DNA from: an uncultured Clostridia bacterium
GTDB lineage: Bacteria; Bacillota; Clostridia; Christensenellales; UBA1242
NCBI GenBank assembly: GCA_947589025.1
Contig: CANQAY010000001.1
Location: forward strand, 23,419-87,418
Length of the DNA stretch: 64,000 nt
Reading direction: 5' to 3'
The notes beneath the pieces are model-generated. The model did no database searches, was not told the DNA's origin, and saw only the letters and a list, made by a program, of their open reading frames with translations. Below, piece by piece: positions 34,223 through 44,095 of the stretch (the stretch's first letter is position 1; each line of letters begins with the position of its first letter). The position numbers and the translations under genes were made by a program.

Positions 34223-35716
34223 CTAATTTGGTGCGATTTTTGGCAACCTAGTAGGCATTAATCCTTCATGTTGTAATTTTTTTATTTCCTCTATAGCTGT
34301 TATACATTGTCTATCAACAAACTGCATAATAGTTTTATTAAGTATATGTTCCTCATGTTTTTCATTCGTATCGTTAAAATTAAAATGATTATACAATTCG
34401 TTATTTTTTCTTTCTATTATATCATTATAGATATCATAACCATAAAACAATTTTTGCTCTAATCTTTTTATATCTATAATCATAATGTGTGATTTTACAT
34501 ATAACGCTAACTCTGAGTCATCCTGAATATTTTCTTGTTTAAAATATGCCTCATAAATTTTATCCCTAAGGATATAAGAATCTTGCAAAACCACAAGTAC
34601 TGCATAAATATCGTTTTTATCTGCAAGAGGAAAACCTTCGGGTTTAAAATATACTCCATAATCATCTATTTTCTTTTTCATTTGTTCTATACATTCGACA
34701 TATTGTCCAATTTTTTTAATTAATTGATCTTGATCATTTATATATAATGATGTATTTGGAACAGAGGATTTTGCGTCAAACATGAGGATTTTATCGTTAT
34801 CATTTACTATGCAATCTGCTGATTTCACTATATTCTTTTGCTTAGTATATTCCTGCTCCGGAATTACTTTGCTTTCATCATAGTATAAAGTTAAAATATG
34901 AAAAAGATATTTTTCAAAACAATGCCCAAACATTTTTCGAAGTTTGTCGTTTTCGTCTTTGTTGTTATAAAAAGTTGTAAATCTAGAGAAGATTGAATCT
35001 GAACAAGCATATTTAAAATTATGTGGAAGTGGAATATAGCAAATATTCTCATTTCTTATAATTGGAAATGCCTTAAATAATTTAAAACAAAAATTATAAT
35101 TTTCAATATCTTTATTTATTTGTTTATCTTGTTCTATAAAATAATCTCTATCTATTGTCAATACGTTGGCGGCCTTTTCATACTTATCTAAAACATTTAA
35201 TAATGCTTTCGCAGGAGTCAAATATTTAAAAAGATGAAAGAAAATAAAACACAAGTCTGATATTTCTTTGTAGCTTACATTAAATAATTCTTCAAAAGTG
35301 CTTTGAATTTCTGAACTTGTTAAGATATAATTAGCTCTATACATTTCAAAGAAAAACGTTCTATTTTGATCGTCGACCTGCTGTAAAATAATCGGCATTA
35401 ATATTCCATTCAAATCTGAATTTTCATTAATAACATTATCTGTATTCAATCTTATATTTTGCATAATTTTAATAAAATCTTTACTCCATTGCTTGCTGGG
35501 GATTGTATATTGAGTATAATTTTCGTTAGAATACAATATTAAATATAAAAAAGAGTCCAGTTCCCATGGTTTATAGGTTGGTTTTAAAACATCCAATTTA
35601 TCATCCAACAGCTCTCTAGAGTAAATTTGCAAAGAATTAATCTTTTCGTTAAACGCATATCTCCCTAATTTGATTAAAATTTGATTTGCTGTTAATTTTT
35701 CATAATATTCTTCCAT
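34223..35716 (-). CDS. Hypothetical 497-aa protein with a PD-(D/E)xK nuclease-like motif in the C-terminal half
   Basis: FGHCFEKYLFHIL (G..FE helix), then SADCIVNDNDKILMFDAKSS (D...D-x-K). This arrangement is typical of Mrr / restriction-endonuclease-fold domains. I do not recognise the N-terminal ~270 aa. There is no SD, and the ATG abuts the IS end. Confidence 0.7.
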   Translation of the reverse strand: MEEYYEKLTANQILIKLGRYAFNEKINSLQIYSRELLDDKLDVLKPTYKPWELDSFLYLILYSNENYTQYTIPSKQWSKDFIKIMQNIRLNTDNVINENSDLNGILMPIILQQVDDQNRTFFFEMYRANYILTSSEIQSTFEELFNVSYKEISDLCFIFFHLFKYLTPAKALLNVLDKYEKAANVLTIDRDYFIEQDKQINKDIENYNFCFKLFKAFPIIRNENICYIPLPHNFKYACSDSIFSRFTTFYNNKDENDKLRKMFGHCFEKYLFHILTLYYDESKVIPEQEYTKQKNIVKSADCIVNDNDKILMFDAKSSVPNTSLYINDQDQLIKKIGQYVECIEQMKKKIDDYGVYFKPEGFPLADKNDIYAVLVVLQDSYILRDKIYEAYFKQENIQDDSELALYVKSHIMIIDIKRLEQKLFYGYDIYNDIIERKNNELYNHFNFNDTNEKHEEHILNKTIMQFVDRQCITAIEEIKKLQHEGLMPTRLPKIAPN

Positions 35717-37021
35717 GAGATGATTATAACATATATTTACTAAAATTGTATAAAAATTTTGATATCATGCTATAATTATTTAAATATACTGGTATAAATA
35801 ATATTGGGGTTCAAATGAGAAAATTGAAAGAAACCATCAAATCAAACTTACTTAATGAAATGGTAGAAATAAACAATCCAAAAGAGTTATGTGAAAGGTA
35901 TGGGATATGTAAATCCACTGCATATAATTGGTTGAAATCTTTTCGCAAAATTACATATAATAATCACAACATCCTAACTTATTCAGATTATTATAAAATA
36001 CAAAAACAGTTAAAACAAAAAAATTTAGAGTTTAAAATTTTTCAAGACTTACATTGTTTCAAAGATGCTTCAACAAAAGAAAAAGAAGTTGCTATATCAA
36101 AATTTGTTGGAATTTATCCTATTAAGACGATGTGTAGACTACTCGAAATTCCTAAAGGAACATTTTACAACTATCATTTGCGAAGAAAAACAATTACTCA
36201 AAACCAAATTAGAGATGAGCAATTAAAGCAAGAAATTTTAAATATCTTTAAAGTAAGCGGAGAAAGATTCGGTGCAAAAAAGATAGAAGCAAAACTGCGC
36301 ACAAATGGGATTAAAACCACTTTACATAAAGTTCAAACCTTAATGAAAGTGCTAAACATTAAATCGTGTCAGCGAATAAATAAAATTGAAGCCCCTCAAA
36401 ACGACAACTCCCAATATTATATAAACAAACTGAAAAGACTTTTCAATCAAAATGCTCCTAACAAATTTTGGGTCAGCGATGTAACTGAGCTAAAGGCATG
36501 CAAAAATAAATTTTATCTTTGTGTGATTTTAGATTTGTTTTCAAGAAAAGTAATTGCTTTTAGATTGTCATCTCAAAACAATGTTAATCTTACTGTAAAT
36601 ACCTTTAAAGATGCTTATGAAAGCAGAAATAGACCATGTAATCTTTCTTTTCATAGCGATCAAGGAAATAATTACACGGCTTATGAATTTAGAGAATTGT
36701 TGCGCTTTTTAAATGTTAATCAATCTTTTTCTAAAAAAGGAAATCCTTATGATAATGCGTGCATGGAATCCTTCTTTTCAAGTTTTAAACGAGAAGAATA
36801 TAATTCAAAACAATATGAGCATTTTGATGAACTTGAAGAAAGTGTTGCTTCTTACATAAAATTTTATAACGATTTTCGTCCACATCAAAGTCTTAAAAAT
36901 AAGACGCCTAACCAAGTTGAAGAAATATATTTTTGTGAAACAAATAAAAAAATCCACAAACATGTTGTGGATAATTTTGGACAGTTTAATTAAAAAGTTC
37001 ACTCTTTTTAATCACTGCTCA
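35716..37021 (+). mobile_element. IS3-family insertion sequence (~1.3 kb)
   Basis: It has TG...CA termini and imperfect inverted repeats: TGAGATGATTATAA at 35716, against the reverse complement of the right end, TGAGCAGTGATTAAAA, ending at 37021. It carries a single transposase ORF. I found no matching target-site duplication, so the boundaries are approximate. Confidence 0.5.
35815..36993 (+). CDS. IS3-family transposase (HTH plus DDE/rve domain), encoded as one fused ORF
   Basis: 392 aa. N-terminal HTH (CERYGICKSTAYNWLK). DDE triad context: WVSDVTE, HSDQGNNYTA, YDNACMESFF. An A6G slippery-type heptamer (36276-36282) is retained, but the frame is continuous. Confidence 0.9.
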   Translation: MRKLKETIKSNLLNEMVEINNPKELCERYGICKSTAYNWLKSFRKITYNNHNILTYSDYYKIQKQLKQKNLEFKIFQDLHCFKDASTKEKEVAISKFVGIYPIKTMCRLLEIPKGTFYNYHLRRKTITQNQIRDEQLKQEILNIFKVSGERFGAKKIEAKLRTNGIKTTLHKVQTLMKVLNIKSCQRINKIEAPQNDNSQYYINKLKRLFNQNAPNKFWVSDVTELKACKNKFYLCVILDLFSRKVIAFRLSSQNNVNLTVNTFKDAYESRNRPCNLSFHSDQGNNYTAYEFRELLRFLNVNQSFSKKGNPYDNACMESFFSSFKREEYNSKQYEHFDELEESVASYIKFYNDFRPHQSLKNKTPNQVEEIYFCETNKKIHKHVVDNFGQFN

Positions 37022-37023
37022 TT

Positions 37024-37114
37024 TGGCGGAGAGTGAGGGATTTGAACCCTCGCGCGCATTTCTACGCCTACATCCTTAGCAGGGACGCCTCTTCGACCTC
37101 TTGAGTAACTCTCC
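37024..37114 (-). tRNA. tRNA-Ser (anticodon GCT), long variable arm, CCA encoded
   Basis: The reverse complement folds as acceptor GGAGAGT/ACTCTCC, anticodon loop CTGCTAA, long extra arm, T-arm GAGGG-TTCAAAT-CCCTC, discriminator G, then CCA. Confidence 0.93.
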
Positions 37115-37299
37115 ACATCGAAGTATTAATTTATTTTGCTAAATAACATGAGAATTATAGCAAATAAAAATAAACTTGTCAACCTAAAATGGAAAATTTT
37201 TTTAATTTCTTTGTTGCTGCCAATTTTTTCAAAATATGTGGTAAAAAACTTTAAAAAATGTGAAAAAAGACCACTAATATGGTCATTTTTCATCGGTTA

Positions 37300-37458
37300 C
37301 TATTCGCCCATTGTATAGTAACTGCCTGAATGTTGAGTGGCAGGGAATCTTTTACCTTTTTCTAGATAAAGGCTGCCACCGTTATGTCCGTTTTCATCAT
37401 AAGCAACATAAGTTGCAGATTTTGGAACGGTTTCACCAGGGGTCCATTTTTTAGACAT
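37300..37458 (-). CDS. YjzC-like small protein (52 aa), absent from the ORF track
   Basis: MSKKWTPGETVPKSATYVAYDENGHNGGSLYLEKGKRFPATQHSGSYYTMGE. It has a strong RBS (ggaggtg, 7 nt upstream) and a terminator (GACCA-TATTAG-TGGTC plus T-run) downstream. The G-E-x-VP...KG-x-FP pattern recalls B. subtilis YjzC. Confidence 0.7.
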   Translation of the reverse strand: MSKKWTPGETVPKSATYVAYDENGHNGGSLYLEKGKRFPATQHSGSYYTMGE

Positions 37459-37590
37459 ATAGCACCTCCAATTATAGTTTGTGTAAGTTAATTTGGGCTA
37501 TTCAAACAAAACATATTTACTAAAATATGGAAATTGGCGTTATTTTTCATTAAAGTTGCAAAATTAAAGAATATGTGATATAATTATGGT

Positions 37591-40560
37591 ATGATAAGCA
37601 TGGTAAACACTCCTTCGTTTTATGGTGCACTTTTTGAAGTGGCTGATTTTTGCCGTAAAAATGTGGGGGAAATTGAAATTGTTGTGCCAGATAAACTTAG
37701 CCTGTTTATGGAAAAGTTTATATTTGAACAATTGAACATATCTGCAAGCTTTGATATTAAAATTAGCACGCTTAACCGCTTTGCCAAGCGCGGGTTGGAG
37801 TTGGATAAATCTAGTCAAATATCTAAGATTGGCTCTATAATTTTAATACATAAAATTTTAAACGAGCATTACAACGAGTTTGCAATTTTTAAAAATAAAG
37901 CCTATTCTTTTAGCTATGCGGAAGAAATTTTAAAAACTATCAATCAGTTAAAGGCCAGCAAAATCAATTATTTGGAGATGAAGGGCTTTAAATCTGCCAA
38001 CCTTCAATTAAACAACAAAATTGCAGATTTAGCTTTAATTTATGAGTATTATGAAACGGAAAAGGCCGGAAAGTTGGATGCTTCCGATGTGTTTTTAATG
38101 TCTACCCAATTTGTGGGCAAGGGCATGGAAAACAAACAAATTTTGTTTGTTGGGTTTGATGATTTTACCGCTATTGAATATTCAATTATTGAAAGATTGG
38201 CAATAAGCAATAAAGTGTATGTGTTTAACTATCATTCAAATTTTGGCAACAAAAATATTTTTAATAACGAAGTGTATAATCAGTTGCAAGAAATGGCTTT
38301 TGTTAACAAAATTGGCTTTGAAGTTGTAAATTCTAGCCAAAAATTTGATGATTTAAAAGAATTTTTGCACAAAAACCTGTTTGCGCTTAATAAAAACACA
38401 ACAAAAATAACAAATAACGAAATTTCAGTTTTTTCTGGCAATGGCATAGATAATGAATTGGAATTTGTTGCACGAGATATTAAAAGCAAAATAATTTTAA
38501 ATAACAATTTTGAAAATTTTGGTGTGGCAGTTTATGGCCTTGAAAGCAAAACGGATAAGATTAGAGAAATATTTTCCAAATATGATATAAACTTCTATTT
38601 GGATAGCGAATTGAATTTAAACAAAAGCGTGCTTTACAAATTTTGGTGCTCAGTTTTAAAATATAATTTAGAGGGGTATGATTTAACTTATTTAATTGAT
38701 ATTATAAATTCGCCGTTTTACACCTTGCCAGAAAAAGATAAAATTGTTTTAATAGAAAAATTAAATTTTTATAAATTTCGCGGAGAAATTAAAGAAAAAA
38801 CGCATTTTGATATAGAAAATTTTGAAAATTTAAAAAATTTTATTAAATATTTCACTTTTAGCAAGGCTATAACCTTAAATGACTTTGTGGCAAGATTTAA
38901 TTTTGCAACTAACGAATTGAATTTTGCCGGCATTCTTTTAAACATTGCAGAAAATAAAATAGAGCTAACTGATAAAATTTTAATTACAAAATCGTTGGAT
39001 GCAATTAACAATTTAATTAAAGATATAACTGAAATTTATTCTAACTTAAGTTTAGAGCAATTTTATGATATATTTTTGCATGTTGCCAACTTAACAAAAA
39101 TAAACAATTTGCCACTTACTATTGATGCTGTTAAAATTGTTGAAGCAACTAATTGCATGGAACTATTTAACAATTTATATGTTGTTAATTGCACGCAAGA
39201 TAACGCCCCAAATTATAAATACGATTGCGGCATAATTTTGGATAGCGAAATTGATTGTTTAAGCTTTAAAAACAAGCTTGCACCAACAATTGCACATATA
39301 AACAAACTTTCTAAATTGCGTTTGTTTAATTTGTGCTTAATGTTCAAAAAAAGTTTAACATTAACTTCGTCGTTTTCGTTTAGTGAAGTTGTTAAAGAGT
39401 TTTTAACAAAAATTAAAGGTGTAAATTATTTAACCAATTTCATTTATGATAAATATGTTGCACTTTCGCAAAAGGATTATTTAGAATTTAAATCAAAATA
39501 TTATAATTTTGATGATTATAATTTAAAAAATTCACAATTTTATAAAATTTCAGATGAAAATTTAAAAATTTTAAATTTAAAAACAATTTCAGCATCGCAA
39601 CTTGAAAGTTATTTTCACTGCCCATTTGGATACTTTTTGAACAATGTATTAAAAATTCGCCCAAGGCTAAAAAATGACGTTATGTCTCTTGACGTGGGCA
39701 ACATATTGCATGAAATTTTGCTTCAATATTATAAGCGCAACAAACAGGTGGGTGATTTATATGATTTTTGCAAAACTCAAATTTTTAACTATTTAGATAA
39801 AGATTTGCGCCTTAAACTTAATGCCGATTCTCCAACCATAACAAATTTGATTGATGAGGCTGTTAGGGTGCTAAATGGCTCTAATTTTATTGACTCTTAC
39901 AGTTTGTTTAAACCAATATTGTTTGAACATGAGTTCGTTAATAATTTAAACCGCGCAAAAGTAAAAATTTTAGGCAAGGTGGATAGAGTTGATATGTGCG
40001 GCGATATGCTGCGCGTTATAGACTATAAATCGGGCAAGGCTGGGGCAAGTTTAAAAGAACTTTATTATGGCGATAAACTTCAGCTTTTCTTATATTCATC
40101 AGCAATGGAAAACGAACTAAATAAGCACGTTGTTGGCAACTTTTATTTGCCACTTCACAACGAGTTTGTTAATTCTAACAAAGCAAACTACAACTTAAAC
40201 GGCTTTTTTGTGAATGATGAAAACATTTTGCAAAATATGGATACTCGCCTAAAAAATGAACAAAAAAGTGACATATTAAATGTTCGCCTAACAAAAGAGA
40301 ACAAGGCATATCGAACAATTGCCAATAGAGAATTGGATATTGGCGAAATGGACAACTTAAAGCAATATGCACTAGATGTTTCAGCGAGCGCAGTGGGCGA
40401 AATTAAGGCCGGCAACATTTTGCCAAGCCCAAGCGGGAATGTTAAGCCGTGCAGATTTTGCCCATATAAGCACATATGTTTTAAAGATGTTAAAAATATA
40501 AGTTATAGAGTGGATAAAAAGGTGAATTTATCTAGCTTTAAGCGAGGCGAAAATGAATAA
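37591..40560 (+). CDS. addB: Helicase-exonuclease AddAB, subunit AddB
   Basis: 989 aa directly upstream of and overlapping addA. It has a C-terminal PD-(D/E)xK nuclease (GKVDRVD...IDYKSG) and Fe-S Cys ligands (CPFGYF...CRFCPYKHIC). Confidence 0.88.
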   Translation: MISMVNTPSFYGALFEVADFCRKNVGEIEIVVPDKLSLFMEKFIFEQLNISASFDIKISTLNRFAKRGLELDKSSQISKIGSIILIHKILNEHYNEFAIFKNKAYSFSYAEEILKTINQLKASKINYLEMKGFKSANLQLNNKIADLALIYEYYETEKAGKLDASDVFLMSTQFVGKGMENKQILFVGFDDFTAIEYSIIERLAISNKVYVFNYHSNFGNKNIFNNEVYNQLQEMAFVNKIGFEVVNSSQKFDDLKEFLHKNLFALNKNTTKITNNEISVFSGNGIDNELEFVARDIKSKIILNNNFENFGVAVYGLESKTDKIREIFSKYDINFYLDSELNLNKSVLYKFWCSVLKYNLEGYDLTYLIDIINSPFYTLPEKDKIVLIEKLNFYKFRGEIKEKTHFDIENFENLKNFIKYFTFSKAITLNDFVARFNFATNELNFAGILLNIAENKIELTDKILITKSLDAINNLIKDITEIYSNLSLEQFYDIFLHVANLTKINNLPLTIDAVKIVEATNCMELFNNLYVVNCTQDNAPNYKYDCGIILDSEIDCLSFKNKLAPTIAHINKLSKLRLFNLCLMFKKSLTLTSSFSFSEVVKEFLTKIKGVNYLTNFIYDKYVALSQKDYLEFKSKYYNFDDYNLKNSQFYKISDENLKILNLKTISASQLESYFHCPFGYFLNNVLKIRPRLKNDVMSLDVGNILHEILLQYYKRNKQVGDLYDFCKTQIFNYLDKDLRLKLNADSPTITNLIDEAVRVLNGSNFIDSYSLFKPILFEHEFVNNLNRAKVKILGKVDRVDMCGDMLRVIDYKSGKAGASLKELYYGDKLQLFLYSSAMENELNKHVVGNFYLPLHNEFVNSNKANYNLNGFFVNDENILQNMDTRLKNEQKSDILNVRLTKENKAYRTIANRELDIGEMDNLKQYALDVSASAVGEIKAGNILPSPSGNVKPCRFCPYKHICFKDVKNISYRVDKKVNLSSFKRGENE

Positions 40561-43500
40561 AAACCAAGATAATGTGCAAGATGCAATTTTGCTATCAGAA
40601 GCCAACACCCAACTAGTAAGCGCGGGCGCAGGCAGTGGCAAAACCACCGTTATGATAGAAAAAATTGCCAATTTAATTATAGATAAAAATGTGCCGGTAG
40701 AAAATTTGTTGGTTATTACCTTCACGGTTTTGGCGGCAAACGAAATGAAGGAAAGATTAATTAACAAATTAAATAGCAAGTTGGAGGTCTCACTAGAAAA
40801 AGAAAAGATTTATCGTTTAATTGAGCAAATTAAAACTGCCAGCATAGACACAATTGATGGTTTTAGTTCTAAAACCATAAAAAAATATTTTTACGAGCTT
40901 AATATCTCGCCAAACATAGAAATTATAAGCGACGCTACGCGAGATTATTATTTAACCCGCGCAATGAACAAAACAATTGAAGATTATTTAAAAGAAGGCA
41001 ACAAAATTAACATTTTGCTTGATATTTTTGGTGCAAACAGCAGAAATTTGGATAATTTAAAATCTTTAATTATAACGCATTACGAAAATGTGATAAATTT
41101 TGAAAATCCTTTTAGCTATTTAGATGATTGTTTAAATGAATATCAAAACCCAATAGAAAGTGAAACCATTGTAAATAATTACATATGCGAAAATGTTGCG
41201 TTAATGCAGCAAAACATTATAAATAGTGGCAGCAAAATTAACAAAATTTTCAATTTTTATAACGAGTTATCTAAAATTAACAAAAATTTAATGTTAAAAA
41301 GCAATTTGCACAGTTTATGCAATTTAGAATGCCCAAGCATAAGCGCAAAAGAAATTAAAGAAGATGGCAATCTGGCCGAGCTAAAATTGCAATTAAAAAA
41401 TTTTTTTGCAATTGTTGATGATTTAAAAACAAAAGGGCTTGATGAAACTTTTGAAGAAAAAAATGCAGTAATTGTAAAATATTTTGCATATTTTATTGAA
41501 ATTTTAAAAAATTTTATTAACAATTACAATAATTTGAAAGAAAAAAACAACTTAATAGATTTTAACGATTTAAACAGACTTATGCTAAAACTTTTGAAAA
41601 ATGAAAATGTTAAAAACGAATTAACCAACAAATATAGCTACATTTTCGTTGATGAATATCAAGATGTTAACCCGCTTCAAGAGGCGTTAATTAGCGCAAT
41701 TTCTAACAAAAACACACACCTATTTATGGTGGGCGATGTTAAACAATCAATATATGGCTTCCGTGGGGCAAGCCCGGAAGGGTTTTTATCTAAATACAGC
41801 AAATTTAAACAAAACAAAAATGCCGGCTCGGTTTTTGATATGAATGGCAATTATCGTTCTAACCCAAAAATTTTGGAATTTATTAATTTTATTTTTGGCA
41901 AGTTGATGACGGAGCAAACTGCGGACATAAATTATGAAAGGGACAGCAAAATTGAACCTAAATTATTAGATATTGACGACGATAAAGTTAAAATTTTGCT
42001 TGTTAAAGATGAAAAAACTGACGAGTTTGCTTCGGGGCTATATAGTGTAAAAAATGATGATGCAAAACCTCCAATTGATACAAACACCAAAGAAGCAATT
42101 GCCGTGGTTAATGAAATTGTTGGCCTTATTGGCACAAAATTTTATGATGCAAAGCAAAAACTTGAACGCGAAATAACATATTCCGACATTGCAATTTTAA
42201 CGCATTCGGAAAAAGATGAGGCATCTTTAGCATTAATTAAGGCCATGAAAATGGCAGGCATTCCCGTTAACAAAAACAACAAACTTAATTTGGATGAAAG
42301 TGAGGGCATTAAACTTTTGCTTTCAATATTAAAATGCATAACTTTAAATGCGGATGATGTTGATTATTTGGCAACATTTTTATCTTTAACCAATTTAAAA
42401 ATTGATGATTTAATTAGCATAAGGAAGTTTGACGCTAGTTTATATGAAAACTTTTTAAATTCGGAAAATGAAGAAGTAAAAAACGGCTTTAAAATTTTAG
42501 ATGATATTAAAAATAATTCTTACACAAAAACTAATAGCGAATTAATTAGATACATTTTAAATGTGCATAAGCTAAAATATTTTTTGCTATCAAACCCTAA
42601 TGGAGAAAAAGAAATTAGCTTAATTGAAGAATTTTTAAACAAATTAACACCAATTGAAAACAATTTAAGTTTAAATGAGTTTATAAGTGTTGTTAAAAGC
42701 AATGTGTCTAAGTCTAGCGATTTTGCAACAAATGATAGCGAAAATAGTGTAACATTGCAAACTATTCATAAAAGCAAGGGGCTAGAATATCCTGTTGTAA
42801 TTTTATTTAACGCAAACAAGCAGTTTTCTTATTTAAAAGAGACCGATAGCATAAGTTTTAACGCCGATTTGGGCTTGGGGGTGGATTATTTTGATTTAGT
42901 TAATCGCACCAAGTGTTGCAGCGTTAACAAATATGCAATTAAAATAAAAAATCAGCAAAAGGGTTATAAAGAGGAATTGCGCCTGCTTTATGTTGCCTTA
43001 ACCCGAGCAAAAAACAAACTGATTATAACGGGCAGATATTCGGAACTGGGGCAACAAAAGAAAAATTGTTTTACAAACATGATTTTATCTTGTTTTAACA
43101 ATTTGCAAGAGGGCGAAAATAAACTTGCACTTTGCAATATAATATTTGATGACGAATTTGTGCTAACCAATTATGAAAATGAAAAAGTTAGAGAAATTGA
43201 CGCAAAAAATATCAATTTTGAATATAAAAACAGCCAAAAATTTAACATTAGCGTAAAAAATTCGGTAACTGGGCTAAATTCTAAATATAGCGAAACTAAA
43301 AAATTTAACACAAAAATGTGGCTTAACCCAACAATGCAATATAATGCGGATGAAGATAAGGCATTAACAGGCACATATTATCATAAGGCGTTGGAACTTT
43401 TAGATTTGATGACGGAATATAAAAAGAACAGCGATTTTAAAGATGTAAATTACAAAAAGATTGAATTGGCACACAAAAATTTAAAAAATTTGGTTAAAAA

Positions 43501-43792
43501 TGCTAAAAATATTAAAAAAGAAACGGAATTTATGATGTGTGTGCCATATAACACACTGGTTGAAAGTGATGTAACGGACAAAGTGCTTGTGCAAGGTGTG
43601 GTGGATTTGCTTATTGAATATGAGGACGGTTTTGCAATTGTTGATTATAAATTTTCTTCGCTGCCGGCGGAAGTATTAAAACAAAAATATGCCGAGCAAT
43701 TAAAACTATATAAACAGGCGGTTGAACTTGCCTACAATAAGCCAGTAAAAAATACATACATCTATTCAATAAATAGTGGAGAATTGACATAA
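40553..43792 (+). CDS. addA: Helicase-exonuclease AddAB, subunit AddA (UvrD-type helicase plus RecB-type nuclease)
   Basis: 1,079 aa with Walker A AGAGSGKT, VDEYQDVNPLQ, the GDVKQSIYGFRGA helicase motifs, and the C-terminal nuclease QGVVDLL...IVDYKFS. Confidence 0.92.
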   Translation: MNKNQDNVQDAILLSEANTQLVSAGAGSGKTTVMIEKIANLIIDKNVPVENLLVITFTVLAANEMKERLINKLNSKLEVSLEKEKIYRLIEQIKTASIDTIDGFSSKTIKKYFYELNISPNIEIISDATRDYYLTRAMNKTIEDYLKEGNKINILLDIFGANSRNLDNLKSLIITHYENVINFENPFSYLDDCLNEYQNPIESETIVNNYICENVALMQQNIINSGSKINKIFNFYNELSKINKNLMLKSNLHSLCNLECPSISAKEIKEDGNLAELKLQLKNFFAIVDDLKTKGLDETFEEKNAVIVKYFAYFIEILKNFINNYNNLKEKNNLIDFNDLNRLMLKLLKNENVKNELTNKYSYIFVDEYQDVNPLQEALISAISNKNTHLFMVGDVKQSIYGFRGASPEGFLSKYSKFKQNKNAGSVFDMNGNYRSNPKILEFINFIFGKLMTEQTADINYERDSKIEPKLLDIDDDKVKILLVKDEKTDEFASGLYSVKNDDAKPPIDTNTKEAIAVVNEIVGLIGTKFYDAKQKLEREITYSDIAILTHSEKDEASLALIKAMKMAGIPVNKNNKLNLDESEGIKLLLSILKCITLNADDVDYLATFLSLTNLKIDDLISIRKFDASLYENFLNSENEEVKNGFKILDDIKNNSYTKTNSELIRYILNVHKLKYFLLSNPNGEKEISLIEEFLNKLTPIENNLSLNEFISVVKSNVSKSSDFATNDSENSVTLQTIHKSKGLEYPVVILFNANKQFSYLKETDSISFNADLGLGVDYFDLVNRTKCCSVNKYAIKIKNQQKGYKEELRLLYVALTRAKNKLIITGRYSELGQQKKNCFTNMILSCFNNLQEGENKLALCNIIFDDEFVLTNYENEKVREIDAKNINFEYKNSQKFNISVKNSVTGLNSKYSETKKFNTKMWLNPTMQYNADEDKALTGTYYHKALELLDLMTEYKKNSDFKDVNYKKIELAHKNLKNLVKNAKNIKKETEFMMCVPYNTLVESDVTDKVLVQGVVDLLIEYEDGFAIVDYKFSSLPAEVLKQKYAEQLKLYKQAVELAYNKPVKNTYIYSINSGELT

Positions 43793-43864
43793 AATTTTAT
43801 AATTTTTGCAAAATTTAACAAAAAATTAAAAATTTTTGCTTAAAATTTGTCAATTTTTAAAAAT

Positions 43865-44095
43865 TTAACTGTTAATTGGCAAATTTTCTTCATTTAAAAT
43901 TTTAATGTTTTGTTGCTTTAAAAGAGGCAAATAATCGTGCCACATATATTCCCTTATTGGTATTGGTTTGTGGTTGTCAAAATACAAAACCAGTGCGGGA
44001 TATATGTGGTGATATTCTTTAAACACACTTGCGCCCATTATGTGCCCGGTTCCTATTAATTTTTTTGCCCTGGCGTGATAATTATAATAAACCAT
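43865..44095 (-). CDS. Conserved small protein of unknown function (76 aa)
   Basis: MVYYNYHARAKKLIGTGHIMG...YPALVLYFDNHKPIPIREYMW resembles a small family I have seen in Clostridia, but I cannot name it. Confidence 0.5.
   Translation of the reverse strand: MVYYNYHARAKKLIGTGHIMGASVFKEYHHIYPALVLYFDNHKPIPIREYMWHDYLPLLKQQNIKILNEENLPINS

Larger units (their letters stand above)
34176..37037. mobile_element. tRNA-Ser-associated islet (~2.9 kb) bounded by a 16-bp direct repeat
   Basis: TTTGGCGGAGAGTGAG occurs at 34176-34191 and at 37022-37037. The second copy covers the 3' terminal 13 nt of tRNA-Ser plus 3 flanking nt. The interior is visibly more A/T-rich than its surroundings and carries one orphan gene plus an IS3-family element. 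No integrase is present. Confidence 0.5.

Noticed and set aside
36276-36282. The A6G heptamer in the IS3 transposase as a programmed -1 frameshift site.
   Set aside because: The 392-aa ORF is continuous through the site with HTH and DDE domains in one frame, so no frameshift is needed. The heptamer may be a relic or may produce a truncated OrfA-like product, and I cannot tell which from sequence alone.
37136-37318. A 60-aa plus-strand track ORF between tRNA-Ser and addB.
   Set aside because: It has no RBS, an odd composition, and a 3' end that overlaps the well-signalled minus-strand YjzC-like gene. It is judged spurious.
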